From the IMG/VR virus record IMGVR_UViG_3300010234_000029, positions 1 to 37,512 of that record: a stretch of DNA of 37,512 bases; one strand, given 5' to 3'. This DNA is from a virus (lineage: Duplodnaviria; Caudoviricetes). Below are positions 1-9,023 of the stretch, piece by piece. Every line of letters starts with the position of its first letter. Positions within the stretch are counted from its first letter, which is position 1. Made by a program: the position numbers and the translations under genes. A model generated the notes under the pieces. It saw only the letters and a list, made by a program, of their open reading frames with translations, did no database searches and had not been told where the DNA came from.

Positions 1-55
1 ATTTTATGTAGTATCTCGTACACATTGAACGCTGGCTTTCTATCCTTGACCGTTA
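1..55. repeat. 55-bp direct terminal repeat (identical to 37458-37512); circular assembly overlap
   Basis: ATTTTATGTAGTATCTCG...CTTGACCGTTA occurs at both ends; 55 is a common assembler k-mer size. Confidence 0.95.
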
Positions 56-605
56 CAATGCGCTGCTCACCCTCAAAATTACCATAATCTATAAGGGGAT
101 AGACTATAAACCTGTCATCTAAACTACCCTCTGTACCAGTAGTAGTCTCTGATAGGTTCTGATTAGCTAGAGTATAAGCGTGGTTGTATGCACTAAAATC
201 TAGGTCTCGTATGTTTAGAGGTGATAGAAGAGGCTTCCAATCAGCTATACCTGAGATGATGTTAATGTTGTACTCCTCAATATTGTTGTAGAAGTCTAAC
301 ACTGGCTGTAGCATCTTAACAACGCCCTCTATTACCGTTAGACCGTCAGCATCTACCCTTGCCCGAATAGTGTTAGCATTGCTAAACGCTGAAAGGCTGT
401 TAGGGTCTTCTGCAAAACCAAATATCTGCTTGTTAGTATCGCTTGCTGGTAGTCTTAGCGTCTTGGTATGGTTAGACCTACGCTCTGAGACTGTCTTAAT
501 GTTGCTAATAGAGTAATCTATAGACAGCGCACTAGATATGTCTGGAAACGTATCTGCTTGCTCGAATACACCCTCGCTATTCTCTATCCAAACCTCTACT
601 ATCAT
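1..605 (-). CDS. N-terminal part of a ~868-aa tail tip/hub-type structural protein that continues across the junction into 37457..35456
   Basis: Hand translation from ATG 605 (ATGA overlap with the upstream stop) is open to position 1: MIVEVWIENSEGVFEQ...SNHTKTLRLPASDTNKQIFG...YPLIDYG...; in frame with ORF 35456..37480. Confidence 0.85.
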   Translation of the reverse strand, partial: MIVEVWIENSEGVFEQADTFPDISSALSIDYSISNIKTVSERRSNHTKTLRLPASDTNKQIFGFAEDPNSLSAFSNANTIRARVDADGLTVIEGVVKMLQPVLDFYNNIEEYNINIISGIADWKPLLSPLNIRDLDFSAYNHAYTLANQNLSETTTGTEGSLDDRFIVYPLIDYGNFEGEQRIVTVKDRKPAFNVYEILHK

Positions 606-2416
606 CCGTTGATGTATTTCTCTGGTCGTTGGTATCTAAGCAACATCTGAACTAGTCCATTACTATCACTCATAATCATCTCACTAGAGGTTACCATAAT
701 GGGAACATAGTTCTGTGCGCCTTGCACCGACTCTTCTACATAAACGTGCTTGCTAGATACTATCTCACTGATCCACTCGCCCTGTTCCTCTAATATCCAA
801 TCTGAATATATCTCTACCTCCTCTACAGCACTAGCACCTAAGACACTCATATCTCTATCGTACACATTGAAGTCTTTGGATAGTGGCTTCATGTAGTTGG
901 TACGTCCCGCCCTTAGCGTGTTCTTTCTGTTTCTTATAAACCGATAGTAGTCAAAGTTAGATAGTGGTGATAGCCACCATAGCTTAATCTCTCTGTCGTG
1001 ACATCGGCTATCCTTGTACAGTGTCATAGTAACGCTACGTTGTGAACCTCCGAACTGCTTTAATCTGATAACACACCGCACCGTATCTGCTTGGAAGTTG
1101 CTTGTATCTACTACTATTATCCCCCTATCTAGTACAACCGTTGTTGAACCAACTAAGGACGCTGTTGAGGTAGCATTATCATCTACATCGTATTCGTCTA
1201 GCTGCACATCTACCGTTGCCTCGTTAGTCAGAAAGGATAAGTATATCAAATCACCATCGACATACTTGTGACCGTCTGTAGGCATATTGGTTAGAAATAG
1301 TTTAGCACTACTATCTACAGTGTAAGCGTTTAGATTCTGAGCTTGCGTATGCTGCAATGCTATGTTACAAGCTACATTCCTAACATCACCACCCAGCACA
1401 TCACCATCACCCATTGACCCATCAGCATCCTCGAACTGTTCTGTAAACACCAGCGTGTATTCTGTTGCACTACCTGTGTTAGTAGTGATAATGCTGTCTG
1501 TACTCGTTAATAGTGGCAAGTCAAAGGATAGTTGTGTCTTCAATACTGGAGCGGGGTTAAACCTAAACACTAGGTTGCCACTAGCGTCTGCTATCTGCTC
1601 CGCTTTCTTGCTTACTACCACCGTAGACTCTGCGATATAACCAGCAGTAATAATTTCTCCTATATGCGCTCTATCCGTAGTGATAGTAGTAGCGTCTACA
1701 GCCGTAACCGTATGCATACCATCGTGGTAGTAGTGGTCTACGCTACCAGCACCAGGAGTACCCGTAGAGCCAGTGTCTATGTCCGTTGTTATCGTTGTGC
1801 CTGTGACAGCTATCACCTTTTGGGTAGTGTTGTAGTCTGCATCTACATCGTTATCCTTAACAATTATCACCGCTCCTACAGGTATCACATGAGAGCCTAT
1901 AGTATATTGCACCTTACCTGAGTTGTCAGCTATACTAGTGATAGTCCTGTTACGCTTACCATCAAACAAGGTAATAGTATCACCTACCACAACGCTGTGA
2001 GTGCCTACAGTGTACTTATTAAAGCCACTAGCGTTAGCACTACCCGTAATATCGTAGTACTCGCCCGTAGTCTTATAGATGTCTGCCTTTACTCTGAATG
2101 ATCGGTTGGTGCGTGTTAGCGTCCCTGTGTCTGTAGCCGTATAGTCTGCATCCGTTGTTACCGTTGTCTGGTCTACTGCCGTCACATTCTGATAGGTGTT
2201 ATAGGTGCTATCAGTCATACTAGAGCCTAGCACCACGTCACCCACCTGTATGCTATGCACTGCACTTAGGGTATATTGAGCCTTACCACCCGAAGAGGCA
2301 ACACTACTTACCGTTGTTGTTATGTCTGTAACCCTATCGCTCTGAACCTCCCAAAAGATAGGACGCTCTACAGCTTGCTTGGAGTTACTAGGAGAATCAA
2401 ATAAACTTAAACTCAT
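602..2416 (-). CDS. Tail structural protein (distal-tail-like) with three FCCH-like beta-domain inserts
   Basis: 604 aa, Thr/Val-rich repeats (H..VGD...YN...VTAV...TTD), in the tail module. Confidence 0.7.
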   Translation of the reverse strand: MSLSLFDSPSNSKQAVERPIFWEVQSDRVTDITTTVSSVASSGGKAQYTLSAVHSIQVGDVVLGSSMTDSTYNTYQNVTAVDQTTVTTDADYTATDTGTLTRTNRSFRVKADIYKTTGEYYDITGSANASGFNKYTVGTHSVVVGDTITLFDGKRNRTITSIADNSGKVQYTIGSHVIPVGAVIIVKDNDVDADYNTTQKVIAVTGTTITTDIDTGSTGTPGAGSVDHYYHDGMHTVTAVDATTITTDRAHIGEIITAGYIAESTVVVSKKAEQIADASGNLVFRFNPAPVLKTQLSFDLPLLTSTDSIITTNTGSATEYTLVFTEQFEDADGSMGDGDVLGGDVRNVACNIALQHTQAQNLNAYTVDSSAKLFLTNMPTDGHKYVDGDLIYLSFLTNEATVDVQLDEYDVDDNATSTASLVGSTTVVLDRGIIVVDTSNFQADTVRCVIRLKQFGGSQRSVTMTLYKDSRCHDREIKLWWLSPLSNFDYYRFIRNRKNTLRAGRTNYMKPLSKDFNVYDRDMSVLGASAVEEVEIYSDWILEEQGEWISEIVSSKHVYVEESVQGAQNYVPIMVTSSEMIMSDSNGLVQMLLRYQRPEKYING

Positions 2417-2961
2417 TATACGTTTCTATTGGCTTCGTTTACTGCCTGTTGAACAATTACATTTAATGCTTCTCCGATTGCTTGGTTAATAGCCTTGTCT
2501 ATCTCTGGTTGGAACTTGTCTACAGCACTACTAAACCATCCTTGCTTAGTCTTGTCAGGCTTTCCGTTAGTAGTGTGCATCCCATACTGCTTGTGCTTCT
2601 TAGCAATAGCAAAGGCAATAGATAACGCTTCTTTGTCATCTGCTGCCATACCTCTTTTAATAGCGAAGTCCTTTAGACCCTCGATGTAGTCTGATGTACC
2701 ACCCTTACCTTGACCTCTTTTACGGCTTGTAAATGGTATGTTTTCCTTCTTAATCCCTGAGTCCTGATAAACGCCATACTCTAGAAACTCAATAACGCCC
2801 TTTATCCTGTTGTTTTCTACCGTTACCGTCTTTTGTACCGAGTTGATTAGGCTACCAGACAGCCTATGTCCTTGCCTTTGTAGGTTGTTCTTAGACTCAT
2901 TAACTACATTCTCTAGTAGCTCGTCTACAGTGAGTTTTAATATGGATATAAACTCAGACAT
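2416..2961 (-). CDS. Neck/tail completion protein (HK97 gp10-like)
   Basis: SGSLINS, YGVYQDSG and AFAIAKK motifs; position in tail module. Confidence 0.6.
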   Translation of the reverse strand: MSEFISILKLTVDELLENVVNESKNNLQRQGHRLSGSLINSVQKTVTVENNRIKGVIEFLEYGVYQDSGIKKENIPFTSRKRGQGKGGTSDYIEGLKDFAIKRGMAADDKEALSIAFAIAKKHKQYGMHTTNGKPDKTKQGWFSSAVDKFQPEIDKAINQAIGEALNVIVQQAVNEANRNV

Positions 2962-3388
2962 TACAATCCCACCCCGTCCATATTTTAAGCGTGTAGCCTG
3001 TCTCTATTCCGATATACTTGTTATTGAACAGATTGTCAAACCTGTTTACAGTAGCGTTAGCAGTATAGCCCGCTATATCATCATTAGCAGTATGCAAGTT
3101 TCTAAACACCTTATCTACCAACAACTCTAGGCTATCCATCTCCGTTATAATCTGTGCTTGTGTCTTCTGGTTGCGTGTGTTGTAAGCACCTACCCTTAAT
3201 GTAAACAACTCCATACCCCTCTCTGATACTATCTTCTGTGAGCTAGGGTAAGGCATCCACAGGCAAGGCAGCGTAAGACCTTTAGTAGCATTGATAATGC
3301 CTCTGTCATCCATAATAAAATCACCTAACGTTGCTGCATTAGCCGTCTTGCTTGTCTCTATCGCTGTAAATAATCCGCTTAGTGTCAT
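2954..3388 (-). CDS. Putative tail terminator/completion protein
   Basis: 144 aa, PCLW motif, size and synteny. Confidence 0.45.
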   Translation of the reverse strand: MTLSGLFTAIETSKTANAATLGDFIMDDRGIINATKGLTLPCLWMPYPSSQKIVSERGMELFTLRVGAYNTRNQKTQAQIITEMDSLELLVDKVFRNLHTANDDIAGYTANATVNRFDNLFNNKYIGIETGYTLKIWTGWDCNV

Positions 3389-3657
3389 TGCTCGTTTAAT
3401 TCGTTTTGGAAGTCTACCTTAGTCTTCTCGTATATTAAGCATATCATAAATTCATGTAGGTTCATCCTCTTTACATCCTCTAAGCGTGTGTAATCACCTT
3501 GACATAGTTGGAGGATTGAACCACCCCACCCGAACTTATCGAAATTAACCTTTCTACTTGCTCTCTTAGACTTGATCCCAGAGGAAGTGAAGAGATCACC
3601 GTATCTTGAATGTATGTATTCATTGAGGTTATTAAGGAAAAAAAAACACCGTAACAA
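3385..3657 (-). CDS. -1 frame extension of tail assembly chaperone (GT-like product)
   Basis: Overlaps the upstream ORF, begins at the T9 run (FFF), and its stop overlaps the next ATG. Confidence 0.6.
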   Translation of the reverse strand: MLRCFFFLNNLNEYIHSRYGDLFTSSGIKSKRASRKVNFDKFGWGGSILQLCQGDYTRLEDVKRMNLHEFMICLIYEKTKVDFQNELNEQ

Positions 3658-4274
3658 ATATCCATCGTCAGGTCTTCAAACTCTTTAGCCCTCTCCCTAC
3701 TTACGTCCTCATCATACTTCTCACCCTCTGGTCGGCATAGTATAGCTATCACCTCTGACGCTCTCTCATACATACCGCCATCAAGCTCAGAACTAAACCT
3801 CTGTAGGTCTGCTGCCTCTGTAAACTCTATAGCAGTCATATAAGCACCTATCTTTAGGTTGCCTGGTTCTTCTTCTGATAGTGGTAATGAATACACCACC
3901 TCATTCCTAACAAAGCCCTCTATTGGTGGCACGTCTCTAGGGATTAACAACAACCCCTCTACAATATGCTCTACCAACTGCTTGTAGATGTGTAGCCGTT
4001 CACCAGCCAAGCACATCTCCATAATGTCTTCTGGAATATCAGAAAGCTCACATATCATCTTACCGTAGAACTCTGGAAAGTTCTTAACGTAGTCATCTGT
4101 GCTGCCTTTTACCGCCTCTCGTTCCTTCTGCGTCTTAGCGTTATAAAACTCACTTAACTTCTCTGGCATTAGGCTATTGATAACCCTGTACAGCTTCTTA
4201 GCGTCTGCAATAGTAAAATCACACCAATCAGATTTTATGGCGTAAGACTCACCGTTAATAGTGACGTTTGTCAT
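3480..4274 (-). CDS. Putative tail assembly chaperone (G-like)
   Basis: 264 aa; W.DFT, IAILCRP and ERAKEF..L.M...YGVFF motifs followed by a slippery T9. Confidence 0.6.
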   Translation of the reverse strand: MTNVTINGESYAIKSDWCDFTIADAKKLYRVINSLMPEKLSEFYNAKTQKEREAVKGSTDDYVKNFPEFYGKMICELSDIPEDIMEMCLAGERLHIYKQLVEHIVEGLLLIPRDVPPIEGFVRNEVVYSLPLSEEEPGNLKIGAYMTAIEFTEAADLQRFSSELDGGMYERASEVIAILCRPEGEKYDEDVSRERAKEFEDLTMDICYGVFFSLITSMNTYIQDTVISSLPLGSSLREQVERLISISSGGVVQSSNYVKVITHA

Positions 4275-4315
4275 TTCTTTTCTTTGCCTTTATCTCTGCA
4301 ACCGCAGCCCATAAC

Positions 4316-5488
4316 TTACCTATTTATTCCGATTGCTAAGATACCAGTTTTTTCTTTACACTTCATAGAAATCGCATAGCGCATAGCGTCAAGCAAATGG
4401 TTATGGTGGTCTACAGGCTTATTGATAACCTTGTCACCCTTCTCTACCCACTTGTAATTGCGTAGCTCCTTGATCAAGTTTACACTACCCTTAGTAACCT
4501 TTAACTGATACCGCTTTACAATATCAATACCGTTTAAGATACTATCCTTACCCTTCCTAGCTGGCTTGATAAAGAAGCTGTTTCTCTTGATAGTCTCTAT
4601 ACTCTTAGGCTCTGCGCTATCTGCGAATATCTCACTATTCCTATCTACATTCAACGCTTTCAACCTGTCTACCAAGTCGTTGTTCGTTAGCCCTGTCTCG
4701 TATAGCATCTCCTCTAGGTAGATGTCTCCTTGATGTAGTGCTACCTTAATCAGTGCAGACGGATCGTTAGTATATCCGAAGTCCATACCGTAGACGTAGA
4801 ACTTACAATCCTTCTCCGCTGGGAAAGCGTCCACCATATCCCAGTTGCTATACACTAGACCTTCAATGCTGCCTACCTCACCCATACCAAACACCTTAAA
4901 CCATGCTGGATCAGTTTCCCTCCTCCTCTCGATGGCTCTTATAATCTGCTTATCTAAAAAAGGATTGTCCTTGTATGTTGACTTGATGAATGTAACACCT
5001 TCTGTAGGTAGCACCGACTCATGCACCCAGAACTCAGATACGGGATTGAAGTCTAACCACACCCTATTGCGTGTCCTCACCTCTAGTTGATCGTAGGCAG
5101 CCTTAGTGACGTTGTTACACTCGTTGATGAACAGATAATCACGTCTTGCTCCTCTTAGCTTGTCGGGCTGGTCAGCACCAAAGAACTCTACCTTTGACTT
5201 GCCTAACATAAAACTGTTGTCCGTCTTGTTGTGCATCTTCTCATTGTACACCTCGTACATAAGAAGTAGGTTTATAAAGTCTCGCATTGCACCCCTCTTT
5301 AGGTGGGGTAAGGATTCTGATACTACCGAGATGAGGCAACCAGGGTCTTTGTATGCTATCGTGAATAATACTTGTAACGTTCTCCAAGTCTTGCCAGAGC
5401 TAGTACCGCCCTGTTCTACTACTGTTCTGTCTGTAGAGGTGTAGCTTTGTTCAAATAGTGGAGTGACATCAATCTTTAGCTTCGTCAC
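4316..5488 (-). CDS. terL: Terminase large subunit, PBSX family
   Basis: Walker A QGGTSSGKT, Walker B LFINE, DFNP, GMDFGYTNDP, NHLLDAMRYA. Confidence 0.95.
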   Translation of the reverse strand: MTKLKIDVTPLFEQSYTSTDRTVVEQGGTSSGKTWRTLQVLFTIAYKDPGCLISVVSESLPHLKRGAMRDFINLLLMYEVYNEKMHNKTDNSFMLGKSKVEFFGADQPDKLRGARRDYLFINECNNVTKAAYDQLEVRTRNRVWLDFNPVSEFWVHESVLPTEGVTFIKSTYKDNPFLDKQIIRAIERRRETDPAWFKVFGMGEVGSIEGLVYSNWDMVDAFPAEKDCKFYVYGMDFGYTNDPSALIKVALHQGDIYLEEMLYETGLTNNDLVDRLKALNVDRNSEIFADSAEPKSIETIKRNSFFIKPARKGKDSILNGIDIVKRYQLKVTKGSVNLIKELRNYKWVEKGDKVINKPVDHHNHLLDAMRYAISMKCKEKTGILAIGINR

Positions 5489-5843
5489 TAGATATGATGT
5501 TTATATCAATGCCTGAGAAGTCTCCTGTAATGTTTTGGTCTATCTCTCTCTTGTCTGACCACCCGAAGTTCTTCAATGCAAAAATTGCTCCTGTAGCGTT
5601 TCCGCTTAATAGCAACTTCTCGTAGTGCTTTTCTATAAATGTTCTAGCCCTTTTAACTGTGTACATAAATTCAGGCTTCTTTTCGTAGTCATAGAAGCTA
5701 GTACGAGACTCAAAACCACAGTAATAGACTAGCCCTGTTATGGTAAATGGCTCGTCATCTTCTAGACAGACTTGAATATACTCATCTATCTTGTTTTGTA
5801 GTTCTTCTGCTGTCTTGTATGCTGGTGGTCTTCCTGCTGGCAT
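5469..5843 (-). CDS. terS: Terminase small subunit (P22 gp3-like DNA packaging protein)
   Basis: GRPP.Y...EELQ.KIDEY, TITGL, GAIFALKNFGWSDK; directly upstream of terL. Confidence 0.88.
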   Translation of the reverse strand: MPAGRPPAYKTAEELQNKIDEYIQVCLEDDEPFTITGLVYYCGFESRTSFYDYEKKPEFMYTVKRARTFIEKHYEKLLLSGNATGAIFALKNFGWSDKREIDQNITGDFSGIDINIISSDEAKD

Positions 5844-5857
5844 AGTACCAAAGTTAG

Positions 5858-6055
5858 TTATTTTCTAGCTAATATAATATCGTGTCCTAGTGCTTCTATC
5901 CATTTTAGCACTATTTCTATTGATGGTATTACTTTGTGTTTCTCTATTTGGCAGAAGTGTGTACCGTTAACACCTATCTGTTTTGCTAGGTCTTGCTGTT
6001 TCACTTTCTTCTCTTTTCGTATTTCTACCAATTTTGTAATGAATTGTTCGCTCAT
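5858..6055 (-). CDS. XRE-family HTH transcriptional regulator
   Basis: IRKEKKVKQQDLAKQIGV...QIEK...PS pattern. Confidence 0.85.
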   Translation of the reverse strand: MSEQFITKLVEIRKEKKVKQQDLAKQIGVNGTHFCQIEKHKVIPSIEIVLKWIEALGHDIILARK

Positions 6056-6064
6056 TTTGCAAAT

Positions 6065-6319
6065 TTAGTGTTTTTCTATGAATTGAAGGTGTATTTGCTT
6101 TGCGTATTCGTTGTATTCTGGATCGTGTTCGCACTTAATATGATGCTTTCTGCATAGTGCCATAAGGTTCTCTATGTAGTCTTTTGTCTTGCTTCCTCCC
6201 ATTCCTCTTGGTTCTATGTGGTGTATGTCTACTGCTTTAGTGCCACAGACTTCACAGGGTATAAACGATTGTTCACCATGTCCGAAGTAGTCGATATAAA
6301 TTTTAGTGTGTTTTCGCAT
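6065..6319 (-). CDS. HNH endonuclease
   Basis: CEVC..DIHHI..RGMGG..ENLMALCRKHH. Confidence 0.88.
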   Translation of the reverse strand: MRKHTKIYIDYFGHGEQSFIPCEVCGTKAVDIHHIEPRGMGGSKTKDYIENLMALCRKHHIKCEHDPEYNEYAKQIHLQFIEKH

Positions 6320-6395
6320 TCCTTATCCCTATTACTGCTGCTACCAACACTACCGTTAGCACTAGTACTATTAATATCTCTATTTGTGTTGTCAT
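6303..6395 (-). CDS. 30-aa single-TM peptide (not in ORF track)
   Basis: MTTQIEILIVLVLTVVLVAAVIGIRNAKTH; ATGA coupling to the upstream gene. Confidence 0.5.
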   Translation of the reverse strand: MTTQIEILIVLVLTVVLVAAVIGIRNAKTH

Positions 6396-6847
6396 TTTAA
6401 GCATTCTAGTGTTTGAATAAAGTAATTCTGATCCTTAATAACACAATCGGAGTAGTAGTCATCGTAACTAATGCGTATTTTCTCTACTCTTTTCATTAGC
6501 TCTGACTTGTCTTTAATGAAAGCAATCATTGTTGGCGTGTCTTTACAGCTTATGTCTGCAATATTCCTTAGTGTTGTGGTTGTAGAGTCGGTGAACTTTA
6601 TGATAACCTTTGATTTTCTTGTCAAGCACCCTAAGTCCTCTGAGAACCTAAAATATAAGCCTACATTATCACCAACCCTTACACCGCTAGAGTACAGCTT
6701 ACCCACCTTGCTTACACCTATTCTCTTCATCTTTGTTTTCTTCTTAACCTCGCCAGTAAACTCGTCAACGTGGTTTAGCTTGTACTCGCATTGTGCGAAA
6801 ACAGCACTAGAAAATAGCGTTGCTAATATTATAATTGTCTTTTTCAT
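6392..6847 (-). CDS. Secreted/periplasmic protein with signal peptide
   Basis: MKKTIIILATLFSSAVFA|Q signal peptide; DEFTGE motif. Confidence 0.65.
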   Translation of the reverse strand: MKKTIIILATLFSSAVFAQCEYKLNHVDEFTGEVKKKTKMKRIGVSKVGKLYSSGVRVGDNVGLYFRFSEDLGCLTRKSKVIIKFTDSTTTTLRNIADISCKDTPTMIAFIKDKSELMKRVEKIRISYDDYYSDCVIKDQNYFIQTLECLK

Positions 6848-7248
6848 AATCTTTCAGTTTTTTCTTGTTCACGTTTTAAATGGCTTATCCTCTGCATCAG
6901 ACCATCTAGTATCTTGTTTAATTGGTCTAGTTTGAGCTTTACAGCCTTGTATTCTGCTTCCCTTGTTATTTCGGTGTCCTTATACCCTTGACTATCTCTT
7001 ATTGCCTTAGAACGGCTTATTCCTGCTGGATGGCTTTCGTAGTTGTCTAGTGTCATAGTCTCTACCTTTACTTTTCTATAGTGTTCTGCTAGTGAGTAGC
7101 CAGCATATTCATTAGCCACCTGTTCAGCTAGAAAGTAGCTCATTGCAGATAGCTTTAGTTGAAAGTCCAGGAGCATTTGTATGCTTTGTATTGTCTTGCC
7201 TTTGGTCAAGTACCAGTGGATCATATCGTCTACTTCTTTTATCTCCAT
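6844..7248 (-). CDS. Hypothetical coiled-coil protein
   Basis: 134-aa helical ORF coupled to its neighbours. Confidence 0.6.
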   Translation of the reverse strand: MEIKEVDDMIHWYLTKGKTIQSIQMLLDFQLKLSAMSYFLAEQVANEYAGYSLAEHYRKVKVETMTLDNYESHPAGISRSKAIRDSQGYKDTEITREAEYKAVKLKLDQLNKILDGLMQRISHLKREQEKTERL

Positions 7249-7250
7249 GT

Positions 7251-7457
7251 TCAGATTTTAATTTGTTCCCACTTTCCGTTAACTTTTTGTTTTCGGCTTA
7301 TCTCTGTAATATCTCCCAGAACACGCTGATATTGTTCTTCAAGGTCAACTGCTGACTTTCCGCATTCACAGGAGTTCATATCCCACTGAATGTTTGAATA
7401 GCTTATCACAACATCATCGCAAGAGTTGCACTTCCATATTAGTCTTATTGTTTCCAT
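7251..7457 (-). CDS. Small Zn-finger protein
   Basis: CNSC...CECGKSAVD. Confidence 0.65.
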   Translation of the reverse strand: METIRLIWKCNSCDDVVISYSNIQWDMNSCECGKSAVDLEEQYQRVLGDITEISRKQKVNGKWEQIKI

Positions 7458-7609
7458 GTCAGTTTAATGTGTGATAGTCGAATGTTTTACGATTAAGTGT
7501 TGTATTCGTAACAAATCAAGATTAATTTGTATGTAATTTTCTGTCTTCCTACAGTCTTTTAGATTCCTTACGCCTTTCGTATCTGCATCTTACAAATTAA
7601 TTTAAGGTA

Positions 7610-7876
7610 TCAATGTATTCTTTTTCTTAACTCATCAAACAAATCCTCAATAGTTGCTTGTTCAACCCTTGCTTGAATTGTTAGCCATATATCTTTTGCT
7701 CTTTCAGGTAATCCCATCCACCCTGCTGCCATCAAGTCTGAATAATCCTGCCAAATGTTTGCAGCATCTTTTAGGGTACAGTGGTAGCCGTTGTGGTTAA
7801 TCACTTCTTTAATCTTAGCTACATCATCTAAGTGCCTGTGGTAAAATTCGGTTTCGTCTGTTTTTTTAATTATCAT
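7610..7876 (-). CDS. Hypothetical protein
   Basis: 88 aa, W..YSD..AAGW..LP motif. Confidence 0.65.
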   Translation of the reverse strand: MIIKKTDETEFYHRHLDDVAKIKEVINHNGYHCTLKDAANIWQDYSDLMAAGWMGLPERAKDIWLTIQARVEQATIEDLFDELRKRIH

Positions 7877-8086
7877 AATTACGAAGGTTCTATTGAATTG
7901 TATTCTTGTAGTCGTTCCTGTACTGTCCTTGGGTCGTTTCTAACTTCCGTTTCATCTACCCATTCAGCGAAGCGTATTGTTCTATTGGTTGCATTGGGTC
8001 GCATCCAAGCAGACTGCCTTTGCTCATAGCTTTTAGCGTCTTAGTTGTTTCGTCGTATGCTTCTTTTGCTGTCATAATATCAAGAT

Positions 8087-8182
8087 TTATCTGTTCTTAG
8101 GTCTGCAATCATCACAAAGACCGCTTGCACCATTAATTTCTTTTTCTTCTCCACACTTAGGACATTCTTCTAATTCTTCCAT
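8087..8182 (-). CDS. 31-aa mini Zn-finger (not in ORF track)
   Basis: MEELEECPKCGEEKEINGASGLCDDCRPKNR; two CxxC motifs. Confidence 0.5.
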   Translation of the reverse strand: MEELEECPKCGEEKEINGASGLCDDCRPKNR

Positions 8183-8184
8183 AA

Positions 8185-8538
8185 TTACGAAGGCTTGAAT
8201 GTTTTTAAATTATCTGAGAATGAATAGTCAACTGATTTTCCTTTAGTTGCTTCTTGCAACATCTTTTCGCTGTCAGCACTATCACAGTTTATGTGCATGT
8301 GAATTGTTGTAACTAACCCGATTAGACTTTCTTCTGTTAGTCGCATGTGAACAGCCGTTGCCCTTCCTGTACTTTCGGGATTCTCAACAGCAAGAACATA
8401 CGTTTCATCCTCTAACTTGGAAACGCTTATAAGTCTATTGTCTGTAAATCGTGCTTGAACATAGCTTTCGACTTGTTTGGTTGTTTCAACACCTTTTTCA
8501 AGACACCTTACTTCTCCGTATGTTTTTTTATCGCTCAT
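8185..8538 (-). CDS. Hypothetical protein
   Basis: 117-aa ORF in AT-rich accessory island. Confidence 0.65.
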   Translation of the reverse strand: MSDKKTYGEVRCLEKGVETTKQVESYVQARFTDNRLISVSKLEDETYVLAVENPESTGRATAVHMRLTEESLIGLVTTIHMHINCDSADSEKMLQEATKGKSVDYSFSDNLKTFKPS

Positions 8539-8565
8539 ATCAAGGTTTTAAAGTAATTAATTCGC

Positions 8566-8633
8566 ACATTAAAACGTGCGTCAACAGTCGCTAAGATTCC
8601 ATTGAAACGGAATTTAGCTTGGTGTTATACCTA
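8566..8633 (-). repeat. attC-like imperfect hairpin
   Basis: - strand TAGGTATAAC-ACCAAGCTAAATTCC...GGAATCTTAGC-GACT-GTTGAC. Confidence 0.55.
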
Positions 8634-9023
8634 ATTTGACACACCTACATAAACAAATCCTTTTTTAAGTTTATTTTTTAAACCACTAAATCCGCTAACA
8701 GTTGTGTTTCCACATTTATAATCATTAATTGTCTCTTCTACTTCTTTGCATAATCTTTCACTCATAGAATCTGATAAATTTCCATACCACTCGCTACCAT
8801 AACAACCAAAATCATCTTTATAATGTTGTTCAATTATCATTGATTCTATTAAATAAGGGTGTTTTGTTTCAAAAACTTTAATAAACTTAAAATTAGGATA
8901 TTGTTTTTTAAAATAATACAATCTTGTTTTTGGGTCTTTGGTAACGCCAATTTTAAAACTAGGTATAACATCAGCTATATGTAATACCTTATCTTTATCT
9001 ACTGCGTTCTGTTCTTTAGTCAT
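8631..9023 (-). CDS. GIY-YIG/T5orf172-like nuclease
   Basis: FKIGVTKDPKTRL, IE..I, SEWY motifs. Confidence 0.7.
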   Translation of the reverse strand: MTKEQNAVDKDKVLHIADVIPSFKIGVTKDPKTRLYYFKKQYPNFKFIKVFETKHPYLIESMIIEQHYKDDFGCYGSEWYGNLSDSMSERLCKEVEETINDYKCGNTTVSGFSGLKNKLKKGFVYVGVSN

